Below are positions 45,269 to 55,869 of a DNA stretch of 64,000 bases, one piece after another. The position numbers and the translations under genes are program-made. How positions within the stretch are numbered: position 1 is the first letter of the stretch; each line of letters opens with the position of its first letter. The DNA comes from a virus. Taxonomy: Duplodnaviria > Caudoviricetes. A model generated the notes under the pieces. The model saw nothing but the letters and a program-made list of their open reading frames with translations, ran no database searches and was not told the origin of the DNA. The stretch is from IMG/VR virus record IMGVR_UViG_3300032320_000838, positions 1-64,000 of that record; one strand, 5' to 3'.

Positions 45269-47941
45269 TTATGTTACTGTAACTTGTAGACCTATACCGT
45301 CACCCCAAGCAAGACGGTTTCCGAACTCATCGGATAAACAGGTTGTGGCAGGTGGATTAGACCACATGCTGTCTAAAGTCAAAGGTCCAAAATCCGATGG
45401 AGTGATTGGTGTTGTTCCTACTGGTACACAGTGTGCAGTTGAATAAAATGCTTTAACGGGACATTCTTCTCCAGTAGTGCAGAAACAACCAATAATAGAA
45501 ATAATTTCTCCAGTAATAGGATCTGTAATCACACTTTGGAATTCTCCCGGTCGTACCTCTATCTCGGTTCTAAGTTTAGCCATATATCTTCTACCGTATA
45601 GTATAGCGGTAGTTGTACCGTCGCCTGTATATTCTGCAATTGTTGGATTTCCCGAAGAATCTCCAGCATAATCTGGTCCTGTTGGAGAAGTGCTGCAAGT
45701 AACATCGAATGGGTATGCGGCAGTCCCTCTCCATCTTGCACCCCACCAGTAATTGGAAGAACCTGTAGCGGTTATACCTCTGGAACCAAGTACACTATTA
45801 ATGACACTGGCAAATTGAGCAGGGGTTCCATTACCAGTAAATGTACAGCCATCTATTGTTATGGTTGCCTCATCGGTGCTTGCACTTCCTGGGCTACAAA
45901 AAACCCAGGCAAAAGGAGATGTGGATGGACAAGTTCTGGTTATAGTTAAAGCAACACCAAAAGGATCAGAGCATTCTCCCTGTATTACAGTTCCATCAAA
46001 AACCTGCTCTGCCATCATCACCGTTTCTATGTCTGCTTGGTGTAATGGACGAATACAACTAGTAAATTGTGGCTGATCTGGAGTTACGGTACATAAACCT
46101 TCTTGAATAAAATATGTACCCATCAAACTATTAAAAAGACAATCAATACCATTATTACTTGGTTCTTCTGTGCAATTCCAGCACTGAGGTGATACATCTC
46201 CTACTTCACTACCACAAGGAGAAATACCATCAAGCCATTCTTTGCACATTTTATACGAAGCAACATAATCTATCATTGTGTTGTCTGGACATGCCGCATT
46301 CCTCGGATTATCGAAAGTCAATCCGTTATATGGAAATGTAAGAGTATATGTCGAGTTACATCTAAACCCACCAGTGTCTGTATTTGGTCCAACAGTCCAA
46401 GTTGTCTGTGTGGTTTCTGTGCATGGCCATGCACCTATGGATTTAAGTGTTCCTTCATTCAGAGGTGTTGGTGGTTCTGTCAAACAATCACCATCGGAAG
46501 GATTAAATAGAAGTTTATAATCACAACCCAAATAGGTGATAAGGATACAATCCATATTATTGATGTCACACATAGAGACACCTAAAGTTTGTGTCAGGTA
46601 TTGTTCACAGAAATATATGGTCGGTGGACATACTTCTGGACATCCGTTCAGACATTCACCACCAATAAGTATTTTATTTGCCGCCCATATCTTACAGCAA
46701 TATCCAGAATCGGAAACATATCTTCCACCGCTTATATCCGCAGTATCCACTAAACGGTCACAAGGACGATCTATACCGACTTCGGTGTTGTTTAGATCTA
46801 GGTAATATGGCCATCCTTTGTAATCAAATCCAATCATACTACCGCACTGACCGTTGCTATATGAAGCAAGATCTTTGATGCTGTTAAACTGATCTACTGT
46901 CAAGCAAATATGCAGTGCTGGTGGTAGTCCTGCTGGTGTTTCTTCGCAAGGACAATCATCACACGCTCTCCACTGTATGACTGCTCTGCCGTCTCCTCCA
47001 ACACCAAGTCCACCGTCACCTATTCCTCTTGTGTTTGTTATTTGAGTGAAAGGACTTGCTTGTGTGTAACCATTTCTTCCAGCATGGCATCTGGTTAAAT
47101 CGGAATCACCAACAAAAGACGCTCCACCAGAACCAGCACCACCGTATGTCGTGGTTGTTGGTGTCGTTATTGTTTGATTGCCTCCTCCACCTCCACCACC
47201 AAATCCTCCTCCACCTCCTCCACCTCCACCTTGTCCTGTGGTTGCGTTTACTGCCGCACCAACACCACCAGCACCATTATTCGGTAAAGTTCCAAGAATA
47301 CCACTTCCGCCACCAACAACACCACCAGAACCTGCTGTTGTATTGTTTGCGTTTCCGCCGGCTGAGATATTAGATGATGGTGAAATGGAGGAACTTATTC
47401 CTGCGTCACCACCTCTTCCGTGTAGATTAGTTGATGTAAAAAAGTTGAGAGAGGATGCACCACCACCACCGCCTGCAATAAAGACATCTGATGTTTGTGT
47501 AGAGGATGATAGAGCAGTTCTATAACTAGTGGAGCCTCCACCATATCTGTATTGATTTGCAGGCGCAGTTGCAGGACCTATTCTACCACCACCAAACATG
47601 GTGTTGGCAATATTTGTGATTGGTCCACCAACACCAACTCTTATAGTAGATGTCTGTGATATATTAAAGTTTGTTTCTATATAAGCACCACCACCACCAG
47701 AGTAACCACCATTTCCTGCACCACCAGCACCTATAAGAACAAGAAAAACTTCTGTCTCTATAGGCGGTATGAACGAGTTGGGTGATCCTCCAGATGAGGT
47801 GACTAATGTTTGTGGAGTTGCGTTATTCGAAGTGGGAGAACCATTATTATTAAAAACTCTCTCTCGCATTTCCCAGCAAGGATATGCGATATATCTACCG
47901 TTTTCGCAGGGGCAACACCCTAAAGGTGATACTGAACTCAT
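45269..47941 (-). CDS. Cys-rich and Gly-rich 890-aa hypothetical late protein
   Basis: About 40 Cys by hand count; Gly-rich GAGG/GGGGG domain; ATGA coupling to the upstream gene. Confidence 0.75.
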   Translation of the reverse strand: MSSVSPLGCCPCENGRYIAYPCWEMRERVFNNNGSPTSNNATPQTLVTSSGGSPNSFIPPIETEVFLVLIGAGGAGNGGYSGGGGAYIETNFNISQTSTIRVGVGGPITNIANTMFGGGRIGPATAPANQYRYGGGSTSYRTALSSSTQTSDVFIAGGGGGASSLNFFTSTNLHGRGGDAGISSSISPSSNISAGGNANNTTAGSGGVVGGGSGILGTLPNNGAGGVGAAVNATTGQGGGGGGGGGFGGGGGGGNQTITTPTTTTYGGAGSGGASFVGDSDLTRCHAGRNGYTQASPFTQITNTRGIGDGGLGVGGDGRAVIQWRACDDCPCEETPAGLPPALHICLTVDQFNSIKDLASYSNGQCGSMIGFDYKGWPYYLDLNNTEVGIDRPCDRLVDTADISGGRYVSDSGYCCKIWAANKILIGGECLNGCPEVCPPTIYFCEQYLTQTLGVSMCDINNMDCILITYLGCDYKLLFNPSDGDCLTEPPTPLNEGTLKSIGAWPCTETTQTTWTVGPNTDTGGFRCNSTYTLTFPYNGLTFDNPRNAACPDNTMIDYVASYKMCKEWLDGISPCGSEVGDVSPQCWNCTEEPSNNGIDCLFNSLMGTYFIQEGLCTVTPDQPQFTSCIRPLHQADIETVMMAEQVFDGTVIQGECSDPFGVALTITRTCPSTSPFAWVFCSPGSASTDEATITIDGCTFTGNGTPAQFASVINSVLGSRGITATGSSNYWWGARWRGTAAYPFDVTCSTSPTGPDYAGDSSGNPTIAEYTGDGTTTAILYGRRYMAKLRTEIEVRPGEFQSVITDPITGEIISIIGCFCTTGEECPVKAFYSTAHCVPVGTTPITPSDFGPLTLDSMWSNPPATTCLSDEFGNRLAWGDGIGLQVTVT

Positions 47942-49374
47942 GCTTCACACCTTGCCTTATATGCATTTGGTATGGAGAATGCATATGTCTCTGGATTTTT
48001 ATTTTTCTGCATCAAAACTACTACACCTGTTCTAATCGGAAGCATCTCGAAACTACCAGCAGGAAAGTTGTCGAATATACCATCACCTATACCTTCTATA
48101 TCATTTAATATTTCGCTGCCATTAATAGCGGTTCCAGTTATTCCACTAGTGGTTGTGGTGAATCCATTAGATGTGTTGGGAAACACTTGCTCGAATTGAT
48201 ATGTCCATTTAAAGAATGGTGGTGTTGCACCAACACCAGTTGATCCAGTTATTCTTGCGAAGAATGTATTATCTACTGGTGGATTTCTTACTGCGGGTGG
48301 TGGTGGTATTTCTGGGAAGGATGGTTGTCTTCGAAGAGGTATACCGTTCTGGTTAAATCGAGGAGAACCAGATGGCCAATCTTGATCGTCCCGTGTATAC
48401 ATTACTCCGTTTTCAGTATCCACAAACACATCACAAGAAGTCAAACCAGATATTGTGCTCAGAATATTAGCATCAGGTGGACCCTGAATACAATCTATAC
48501 AATCATATGCAACACCTATGCTTCCATCTGATTTTATAATCTCGTGTCCAAGATTGCTTACTGTTGCTGGATTATCGGAAGAATATGTGTCAGATCTTAT
48601 GGTTCCACTAACTATTCCTGACACAGTGTTTTTAAACTGTGTTGGGTAATATGGACCATTGACGCCACCCATAGCAGCACCTTCTTTGGATATGAAGGTG
48701 TATGGTCTATTGTTTGGTACTTGTGCATTTACACAGTTAAGTAAACTGGGAATATCGTTTCTATAACCAACAGTATACAGTTCCGCTGGAGTTGAGTATG
48801 AAGGATCTTTTGATGCTGCATCTCTCAAACCACACATTTCCAAGAACTGTTGGAACGAAGGTGTGTGATTGTAATATGATATTCCAGTCGGACCTACTGT
48901 CTGGTATGCTATTGGATAAAAAGTATCTTCATTACTGATCTGCCCAGATCCAATAGTACCATTTATGTTTAGAAAAGAAATATCACCATTTGGATATGTA
49001 ACAACATCTGCGTCTATTTCTGCTACAGAATAGTTACCACCAACAACACTGAGTCGGACGATCTCACCCTTGCTACCAAGTAGATCCTGAAATGCCTGTT
49101 CGTCTATACCAGTGGTACTGGAAGAAACAAGAGGTCCAGCATAAACATTAGAGCATCCAGTAGAACCAGAATCTCCTCTTGGACCCGCTGGACCAGGAGG
49201 TCCCTGTGGACCTGGAGGACAATCACAACAACCATCACCACTACCACCACCACCACCAGAGGTCGAAACACCTGGTCTGTTGATTATGTAGTTTATGTTG
49301 CAACTATCATCGGAACAACCAACTCTTCTGGATTGTTCGTAATCTTCTGCTGTGAACTTCGGAAACTCTGGCAT
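47938..49374 (-). CDS. 478-aa hypothetical late protein with CCDC plus a short collagen motif
   Basis: GCCDCPPGPQGPPGPAGPRGDSG; AGGAG RBS; own late promoter. Confidence 0.75.
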   Translation of the reverse strand: MPEFPKFTAEDYEQSRRVGCSDDSCNINYIINRPGVSTSGGGGGSGDGCCDCPPGPQGPPGPAGPRGDSGSTGCSNVYAGPLVSSSTTGIDEQAFQDLLGSKGEIVRLSVVGGNYSVAEIDADVVTYPNGDISFLNINGTIGSGQISNEDTFYPIAYQTVGPTGISYYNHTPSFQQFLEMCGLRDAASKDPSYSTPAELYTVGYRNDIPSLLNCVNAQVPNNRPYTFISKEGAAMGGVNGPYYPTQFKNTVSGIVSGTIRSDTYSSDNPATVSNLGHEIIKSDGSIGVAYDCIDCIQGPPDANILSTISGLTSCDVFVDTENGVMYTRDDQDWPSGSPRFNQNGIPLRRQPSFPEIPPPPAVRNPPVDNTFFARITGSTGVGATPPFFKWTYQFEQVFPNTSNGFTTTTSGITGTAINGSEILNDIEGIGDGIFDNFPAGSFEMLPIRTGVVVLMQKNKNPETYAFSIPNAYKARCEA

Positions 49375-49393
49375 ATGTGCCTCCTACTTTTGT

Positions 49394-49401
49394 TATTTAT
49401 A
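49394..49401 (-). promoter_or_regulatory. Late promoter TATAAATA
   Basis: Overlaps the gp20 stop, upstream of the 478-aa gene. Confidence 0.7.
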
Positions 49402-51055
49402 GAAGGCTACTTGCGTCGTAATCGACTCCCTTATTGCTGATGAAAGTGCTCTGGACTTGACCAGGTTGAGCGTCTGGTGCAGGAGCACCACCCATATTAG
49501 GTGAACCTCCCATATCCGCACCAGGCATCGGTTGTCCATCTGGGCCCATAGGTTGCTGAGATTGCATCTGCGCCAACTCTTCAGCCTTCTGTTGCTCGAT
49601 TTGTGCGTCGATCTCTGCAATATCTTCATCAGTTTGTCGGAGAATATTCTTACGAATCCAGTAATCAGAATAGAATTTACCAGAGTAATCTGCGACCTCG
49701 CGCATAATTGCCATGCGATCCTTCATAATCTCTGCTTGCTTGGATTCTGCAAAATATGAATCGGTTGCGAAATCCAACTTGATGTTTTGATAGATCTCTA
49801 TCCAATCCTCTTCGTTCATTATCTGTTTTGCAAGACACTGAATCTTTAGGAAGTTTGTGATGAGTTCACCGAAGCGAAGACGGATTCTGCCAATCATCTT
49901 AGCATACTTGAGTTCGTCTCTATTGATCTCGGATGCTCTTCCCATATTAAAACCATTATCTGCTTGTAGGCGAGATTCTGGAATACCGAGAGCACGCATT
50001 AGTTTCTTCTGGAAATATAGAACATCTGCCATTTCACCGAGGTTCTGTCCGCCTGGAAGTGTTTCGATGGAAGTTCCCTTACCACCTTCTCTTCTTGGAA
50101 GCCAGAAATCCTCCAACATACTCATATGCTTCTTGTCGTCGCGGATTTCACCTGTGCTTGCATCGTACACTACCTTGTTTCGGTAGCGATTCATAACTTC
50201 GCGCAGATACTGTTCTGCCTTGTTCTTTGGTAGAGAACCAACATCAATATAGAATATTCTACGCTCGGGTGCTCTAGACCAGCGGTAGATGACAGTAGCA
50301 TCCTCTACCATTCTCAACTGATTGAGTGGTTTGATTGCCTTGTGTAAGTATCCAATCACTTTACGAGTGTTTGGATCATACATTCCTGAATGCACATAAT
50401 TGATGGAATCTGGAGAAATCTTTATTCCCTGCTCTGGGGAGTTGTAGTTTATGTTGTATGTACTTGGCATGGTCTTCTCAAAAGGCATGTACAAGTAATA
50501 TTCTTCCATCTCCGTTGGAACTTCTACATTTCCAACTCTTTCCTTTTCCTTCACTTCCTTGATTTTCTTGATGCGAAGAGGATCGACATAACGATACTCT
50601 TTTGCACCCTTCTTCTTATTCTCGTGAAGTATTATGTGGTAGTAAAGTCTTCCGTCGATGTAAAACCGGCGGAAGATGTCGTATCCTTTTCTCTCAAAAT
50701 CAAGAAGATACAGAACCTCTTTGAAGGAGTCCTGTATCTTCTCTTTGATTGATTGTGGAACATCAACTTTATCTAAGTTGAGTTTAACTACTTGGTTTCT
50801 AGCATCTTCGGTGATTACTTCATTCACAACATCGTCTATGGCCATATCGACTTCTGCGTGTAAGGCCATTTCACGATACTTTCGTATCATGTCGATCTCG
50901 TTACGGAGAGTTCCGTCAAGATCAACATAATATCCCTGAAGACCTCCACCCTCTATAACAGTCGCACCATCCTCAGCGGATGGTGGGACTATCGAGAATA
51001 CTTCTTCGTCGGTTTCCTTGCGACCAAAAGTAAATCCGAAAATATTAAAAGCCAT
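49397..51055 (-). CDS. gp20: Portal protein
   Basis: FYIDGRLYYH, SYLHKAIK-type GYLHKAIKPLNQLRMVEDA.VIYR..RAPERRIFYIDVG, EDFWLPRREGG.GT.I.TLPGGQNLG. Confidence 0.97.
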   Translation of the reverse strand: MAFNIFGFTFGRKETDEEVFSIVPPSAEDGATVIEGGGLQGYYVDLDGTLRNEIDMIRKYREMALHAEVDMAIDDVVNEVITEDARNQVVKLNLDKVDVPQSIKEKIQDSFKEVLYLLDFERKGYDIFRRFYIDGRLYYHIILHENKKKGAKEYRYVDPLRIKKIKEVKEKERVGNVEVPTEMEEYYLYMPFEKTMPSTYNINYNSPEQGIKISPDSINYVHSGMYDPNTRKVIGYLHKAIKPLNQLRMVEDATVIYRWSRAPERRIFYIDVGSLPKNKAEQYLREVMNRYRNKVVYDASTGEIRDDKKHMSMLEDFWLPRREGGKGTSIETLPGGQNLGEMADVLYFQKKLMRALGIPESRLQADNGFNMGRASEINRDELKYAKMIGRIRLRFGELITNFLKIQCLAKQIMNEEDWIEIYQNIKLDFATDSYFAESKQAEIMKDRMAIMREVADYSGKFYSDYWIRKNILRQTDEDIAEIDAQIEQQKAEELAQMQSQQPMGPDGQPMPGADMGGSPNMGGAPAPDAQPGQVQSTFISNKGVDYDASSLL

Positions 51056-51085
51056 TATGTAGTCAACCTTTCGAGGTTAGAGTTA

Positions 51086-51679
51086 TTATCTCTTGCCGCC
51101 GAGGTTGAGTTGTGCGCCTGGTCCTTGCTTGACTTGGAAGTATGTGTAACCGAATGTAACTTGGAATTCGGATACAGTGTCGTTTTGGTCATAAGCAAGT
51201 TCGATTGCAGCAACATCCTTGGGGAAGCAAGCGATCAGTTCGTACTTCTGTACTGTCTGACCCTTTCTATTTAGTTGCTCTACAGTAGCGGTGCAACCAG
51301 TTACATGGCCCCAGAATGGAGCGGATGTTTCTGTTGTTGCAGCACCAGTGACATCGCCGACCATGTTGTTGACGATGCCGTTGTAGTAACGGTTCCACTT
51401 CTCGAACTCGTTGCGGATTGTATAGTCCTCTGTGTTGAGAACTGTTACAGTCCAGTCTTCGAAGGTTCTGTCGCCAGGAACCTTGATCTGACGGCCCAAG
51501 TATGGTACGGTGATTTCACCGAGTGTTGAGCCTGGAATGGAGGTTGCCTTTGCGTAGAAGGTGAGACGGTTGCTGAACTTGATTACACCTGATCTGTCTG
51601 TTACTGTAACTCTGAACAGTGTTGGTCTAGAACCACCGTCAAAGTCCTGAATAAATCTGTCAATTCCTAAGTATGCCAT
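51086..51679 (-). CDS. gp19: Tail tube protein
   Basis: GGSRPTLFRV..IPGSTLG.I.VPYLGR.IKVPGDRTF.DWTVTV.N..D..IR..FE.W. Confidence 0.95.
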   Translation of the reverse strand: MAYLGIDRFIQDFDGGSRPTLFRVTVTDRSGVIKFSNRLTFYAKATSIPGSTLGEITVPYLGRQIKVPGDRTFEDWTVTVLNTEDYTIRNEFEKWNRYYNGIVNNMVGDVTGAATTETSAPFWGHVTGCTATVEQLNRKGQTVQKYELIACFPKDVAAIELAYDQNDTVSEFQVTFGYTYFQVKQGPGAQLNLGGKR

Positions 51680-51730
51680 TTATGGTACTCCTATGTTCGT
51701 GAGTTTTATCTTTGTTCTTTAACGGGTTTA

Positions 51731-53506
51731 TTAGGATGCAGTGCCGGTAAGTTCGGCGAATGCGAGTCCTGTTGGGGTTGCCACGAAGTTCAACTGTACG
51801 AAGTTGATGGATCTTGTTGGCTTGATGAAGATGTCGCCGACAAATCCGTTCGAGTCGATTACTTGTGGTGTGTTGTTGGTTTCGTCGCAAACTACACGGA
51901 AGTCCGTAATACCGCGGCGTCCTGCAACTTCACGAAGGAATGGCTGAACCAGTTGTTCGAACTGATTTCTGGTGAACTCGTCGTTGAACTCGAAGAGAAT
52001 AAATCTGGATGCGGTGGAGATGGCCTTCTCAAGGACGATGAACAGACGACGAACATTGATGCGGTCGAATGCGGATGGTCTGTTGAGGAGGGTCTTATCA
52101 CCGAAGAGGATTGCGCCTTCGCCTGGGAAGGTAGCAACTGGATTAACTTGCTTCTTGTAGAGTTCATCGCGGTCGGTTTGACCTGGGTTGTATGCAAGAC
52201 GAACAACATTCTTGATACGACCTCTGTCATAACCGGCTGGAGAGAACCAAGGATCTTGATTGGTGTCTGTTCTTACGCAGCAACCAGCGATGTCGGCATT
52301 GAGTGGAGTGTAGATGTAACGATCATTATAGGAATCATACTGGAGTTTGTAACCAGAGTCCATGAAACCGTAAGAAGAAGACAGGTTAAGTGCTGATCTA
52401 TAAGCCAAGCACTCATCCAGAGACTGAGAAGCGATTGTATCATAATCTCCTGCGTTGTTTGGAGAAACGAAAGCAACACAGTCCTTTCTGGATTCGGCGA
52501 CATTAATCACGGTTGCAGCGTGAGTTGCACTCATTGGGCCAGTGATGAGAATACTGACATCAATATTCTGACCGCTGAGGAAGAATGTCTCGAATGCAGT
52601 GGCGCAATCACCTTCTACAGTATCAACATTAGCAGCGTTGATTGTGGTGATGACGCCTCCTGTGAGTGATTTTACACTTATTCCAGAAGTGAGAGACTTG
52701 AACACGCTTGCATCGTCGATGTCCAGTGCATCACCCCAATCAGAGTTGGCGCCAGAACCAGCAACGCTTGCTGTTGGGTGTGAAAGCCATCTTACATATT
52801 CGGAGTTAGTGTTAACAACATCCTTGTAATAGTTTGATTGTCCGTCAGCGTTTTGGGCGTTAGATGCCTTGGAAACGAACGCAAATCTCTCAAGAACTGT
52901 TCCTGCTACACCAGAGAACAAACCACCCTTGTCTACTACGAGAACATGGAGTTCGTCTTTGGCGCCTGTAGCACCGATGCTTTGTGCCCACACAGAGGTT
53001 GCTGGAGCATCATCGAAGTTTTTGATGTAATCGGCATATTCATCTTCGAGTAGAGGATCGCCGTCTGTGTTACCGTTTCCACCATTATCGAGAACTACAA
53101 CTTTGAGGCTGTCTCCTAGTTTGCCTGGATAACGAGCACACCAAGGTCCGTTAGCAGCATTGGAAGCAGCGTTGTCGGAATATGTGGTATCGTTGTAGAT
53201 GTTGGCAATACCAGAAACACAAGATGCAGTACGGTCACCAGTTACTTTAACTCTGACTACATTAAGGTTACTTCCGTAGTCGAGGAAGTTGGATGCCGTC
53301 CACCAGAATCTTGCGTAGTACGCATCTCTATCTGGTTTACCGAACTTTGCGAGAAGTTCTCTCTTATCTGAAAGAAGGGTAGTCTCATCGACTGGACCCC
53401 ATGTGAAGGCTCCGACGAAGGCAGCAGGAGTTGTTGCTACTGCTGGCACGATGAGTGTCAGATCCTTTTCTGTTACTGTAACGCCTGGACTGATTTGGAA
53501 TGCCAT
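51731..53506 (-). CDS. gp18: Tail sheath protein
   Basis: FQISPGV.V.EKDLT, F.WGPV, PWFSPAG..RG, LFGDKT..SAFDRINVRRLF, F.G.IFIKP.RSINF..LNF. Confidence 0.97.
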   Translation of the reverse strand: MAFQISPGVTVTEKDLTLIVPAVATTPAAFVGAFTWGPVDETTLLSDKRELLAKFGKPDRDAYYARFWWTASNFLDYGSNLNVVRVKVTGDRTASCVSGIANIYNDTTYSDNAASNAANGPWCARYPGKLGDSLKVVVLDNGGNGNTDGDPLLEDEYADYIKNFDDAPATSVWAQSIGATGAKDELHVLVVDKGGLFSGVAGTVLERFAFVSKASNAQNADGQSNYYKDVVNTNSEYVRWLSHPTASVAGSGANSDWGDALDIDDASVFKSLTSGISVKSLTGGVITTINAANVDTVEGDCATAFETFFLSGQNIDVSILITGPMSATHAATVINVAESRKDCVAFVSPNNAGDYDTIASQSLDECLAYRSALNLSSSYGFMDSGYKLQYDSYNDRYIYTPLNADIAGCCVRTDTNQDPWFSPAGYDRGRIKNVVRLAYNPGQTDRDELYKKQVNPVATFPGEGAILFGDKTLLNRPSAFDRINVRRLFIVLEKAISTASRFILFEFNDEFTRNQFEQLVQPFLREVAGRRGITDFRVVCDETNNTPQVIDSNGFVGDIFIKPTRSINFVQLNFVATPTGLAFAELTGTAS

Positions 53507-53561
53507 TGTTTGTTCTCCTTTGATACTTTACTGAAATCACTATGAGTTGGATTACTAGTTT

Positions 53562-53569
53562 TATGTATA
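53562..53569 (-). promoter_or_regulatory. Late promoter variant TATACATA
   Basis: In the gp17-gp18 intergenic gap. Confidence 0.55.
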
Positions 53570-53581
53570 AAATTGTATTTT

Positions 53582-55201
53582 TTAGTTGTTGTACCAGACA
53601 GTACCTTTATTGTCTGTCTCGATATCCTCTTCCAAACCATTATCAATAAATCCAAAAGGAACGATTTCATCCTCAAGTTCTTTCAACTTTGCATCAAATA
53701 GTGTCTTTCTGATGTCCATGTTGGTCAGATCTTTAAAATAACCTTGAGTCGTCAACCAACAGAAAAGCACCATACACATAACCAGATCGTCATTGTGTCC
53801 CGTATCCGCTTCATATGAAGTAGATTTGGCAACAAAGGTCACAAGTTCCTGTATTATATTTAGATCCTGAATGATCAGTTTATCGTCTTCTATCATACTT
53901 TTCAGAAGAGAACAGCCAATTCTCTTCAGCGGTTTGGTCGTCCTAACACCTAGTTGCGTCTGGGAAGCACCGAAACCACCGTCCAAGGTCTGTCCCTTAC
54001 GACCTCGGAAACTAGACATAAGCATATTTTCGTATTCTAGTTCATTATACAAAATATCCGCCACTTGTCCGCCAATATCGTTTATCTCTACCAGAATGTA
54101 AGCATCGTTGTATTTCTGTGCTATGGGATAGATGGCATTTGGATAAATCATGGGCGACATTTCGTTGTTCTTAAAAGAAGCAACTACCTTGTAGGGTATG
54201 GTGGTAATGTCTACCACGATATAGGCATGATAGTCGAACCCCACACCTCTGGAAGTATCCACCGTCATTACATAAATGTGATCTTTATGTGGGTACTCAT
54301 ATATGCTCAAACCTTGCTCGCTCTTGGATATTGGCGTCTTGTATGCCATACTCTTCAGTTTTGTGGCAGCAATCAGGGTATTTGTGGAACCGATAAAGTC
54401 ACATTCATACTCTACCCTGAACTGTTCTTCAGAAGAGTTAGCGATCTGTTGCTTTCTCCAGTTTTGATCACGACCAGGGATGTCCGACCAGTGAACGGAA
54501 ACCGTCTGAAAGGAGTTTCTCTTCTCCTCAGCATCCGTCCAGATCTTGTAGTACATATTCAATCCATTAGGTGTAGAGAAGATCAACACCTTGGTGTCCG
54601 TACCAGACGAAATAGTGGGGTAGGCTGACGCATAGAAGTCATCTGCGATGTTTGGGGGGACATACGCAAACTCGTCCAAGAAGATCATATTGAAAGAACC
54701 ACCACGAATAGCGGAAGACGAAGTGGCAGATGCTTTTACTTTAGATTTGTTTTCAAGAACAACCGATCCTTTGTTCCATTCAACTACGCCCTGCTGCAAC
54801 CACTTTGGAAGATATTCATATGCTACTTTTAGTTTACCTAATAGTTCACGAGCAATCTCCTGCTTGTGTGCAAGAATCGCAACATTCACTTCTGGATTAA
54901 ATAAAATGTAGTGCAGGATATAAGAAACAACCGTGGTGGATTTACCTGACTGACGGGGTAGTTTGGCAATCGTAAAACGATTATTGTGTATGGTTTTCAC
55001 CATATCTTCCTGAAACTTATACATCTGAAAATCCACCAAACCCTTATCCAGATTTATGATCTTGATGTATTTTTTGATAAAATAAACAGGATCTTGAGAA
55101 CACTTGATGTATTCCTCAAGTTGCTCTGGTGTCCACTGAACCTTTACTCCAGCGGCCTTAAGATTTTCATTTCCGAGATAGGAGTTATTGCTCATCTGCA
55201 A
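53582..55201 (-). CDS. gp17: Terminase large subunit
   Basis: YLGNENLK, PRQSGKST, IFLDEFA, STPNG, VDTSRG.G.D, HNDDLVM. Confidence 0.97.
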   Translation of the reverse strand: MQMSNNSYLGNENLKAAGVKVQWTPEQLEEYIKCSQDPVYFIKKYIKIINLDKGLVDFQMYKFQEDMVKTIHNNRFTIAKLPRQSGKSTTVVSYILHYILFNPEVNVAILAHKQEIARELLGKLKVAYEYLPKWLQQGVVEWNKGSVVLENKSKVKASATSSSAIRGGSFNMIFLDEFAYVPPNIADDFYASAYPTISSGTDTKVLIFSTPNGLNMYYKIWTDAEEKRNSFQTVSVHWSDIPGRDQNWRKQQIANSSEEQFRVEYECDFIGSTNTLIAATKLKSMAYKTPISKSEQGLSIYEYPHKDHIYVMTVDTSRGVGFDYHAYIVVDITTIPYKVVASFKNNEMSPMIYPNAIYPIAQKYNDAYILVEINDIGGQVADILYNELEYENMLMSSFRGRKGQTLDGGFGASQTQLGVRTTKPLKRIGCSLLKSMIEDDKLIIQDLNIIQELVTFVAKSTSYEADTGHNDDLVMCMVLFCWLTTQGYFKDLTNMDIRKTLFDAKLKELEDEIVPFGFIDNGLEEDIETDNKGTVWYNN

Positions 55202-55640
55202 ACTTCGTTTCGTCTAGTTCTTTCATTCTTCCTTTGAGCATTTTCTGTAACTCAGTAGTGCTTCCAACGAAAATAGAATTATTAGTGATGCTTGTGTTGT
55301 TGTCGCCCTGGACCTCTATCTTCTTTATTTCTTTCATTTGTTTATGAAGACCTATGAGATCCTTATTAGCATCAGAAACACTCTTTATGAGTGTTGCGAC
55401 GACTTCGTATGCTCTGGGTGATTGGGTTTCCGATGCAACCATCATTATTCCGTCGATTGCTTCGGTTCCTCTTTTTACTATTTCTTTTAGATTTTCTCTT
55501 ACAGTAGTGTAATCCTTGTCGGCATCTTCTTTATCCACTACCACTTCCTTAACTACAGGAACTATATCTCCGACTGTGCTAGGGACTTCTTTTTTCTCCA
55601 AGGAGAAAACCTGTTCCATTTTGTTTTCGAACTCATCCAT
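55185..55640 (-). CDS. gp16: Terminase small subunit
   Basis: DY..VRENL..I..G..AI..A..SPRAYEV...LIK..N...NSIFVGSTTELQKML. Confidence 0.9.
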   Translation of the reverse strand: MDEFENKMEQVFSLEKKEVPSTVGDIVPVVKEVVVDKEDADKDYTTVRENLKEIVKRGTEAIDGIMMVASETQSPRAYEVVATLIKSVSDANKDLIGLHKQMKEIKKIEVQGDNNTSITNNSIFVGSTTELQKMLKGRMKELDETKFADEQ

Positions 55641-55650
55641 AATAAACCTT

Positions 55651-55860
55651 TCATCCTATCAGTATTCCTTCGTATCTAAACTCACCGTGATTTTCCAGTT
55701 GTTTTATAGTTACGAAAGCATAATCTTCTGAAGCACTCACTTGTTGTCTGTTTTTAGACACAACTTTATCGCCATTACTATCTATCACAAAATCATTATT
55801 AGTATTGGTTTCGTATACTACTGGATAGAAAGTCATAGAAACCAGTTTATTTGTGGGCAT
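55651..55860 (-). CDS. Small hypothetical protein
   Basis: AAGGA RBS; fills the gp15-gp16 gap. Confidence 0.55.
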   Translation of the reverse strand: MPTNKLVSMTFYPVVYETNTNNDFVIDSNGDKVVSKNRQQVSASEDYAFVTIKQLENHGEFRYEGILIG

Positions 55861-55869
55861 GTTTTATCC

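Noticed and set aside
7603-55201. Inteins or introns in gp43, gp41, gp46, uvsW or gp17
   Set aside because: All have near-canonical lengths and contiguous motifs.
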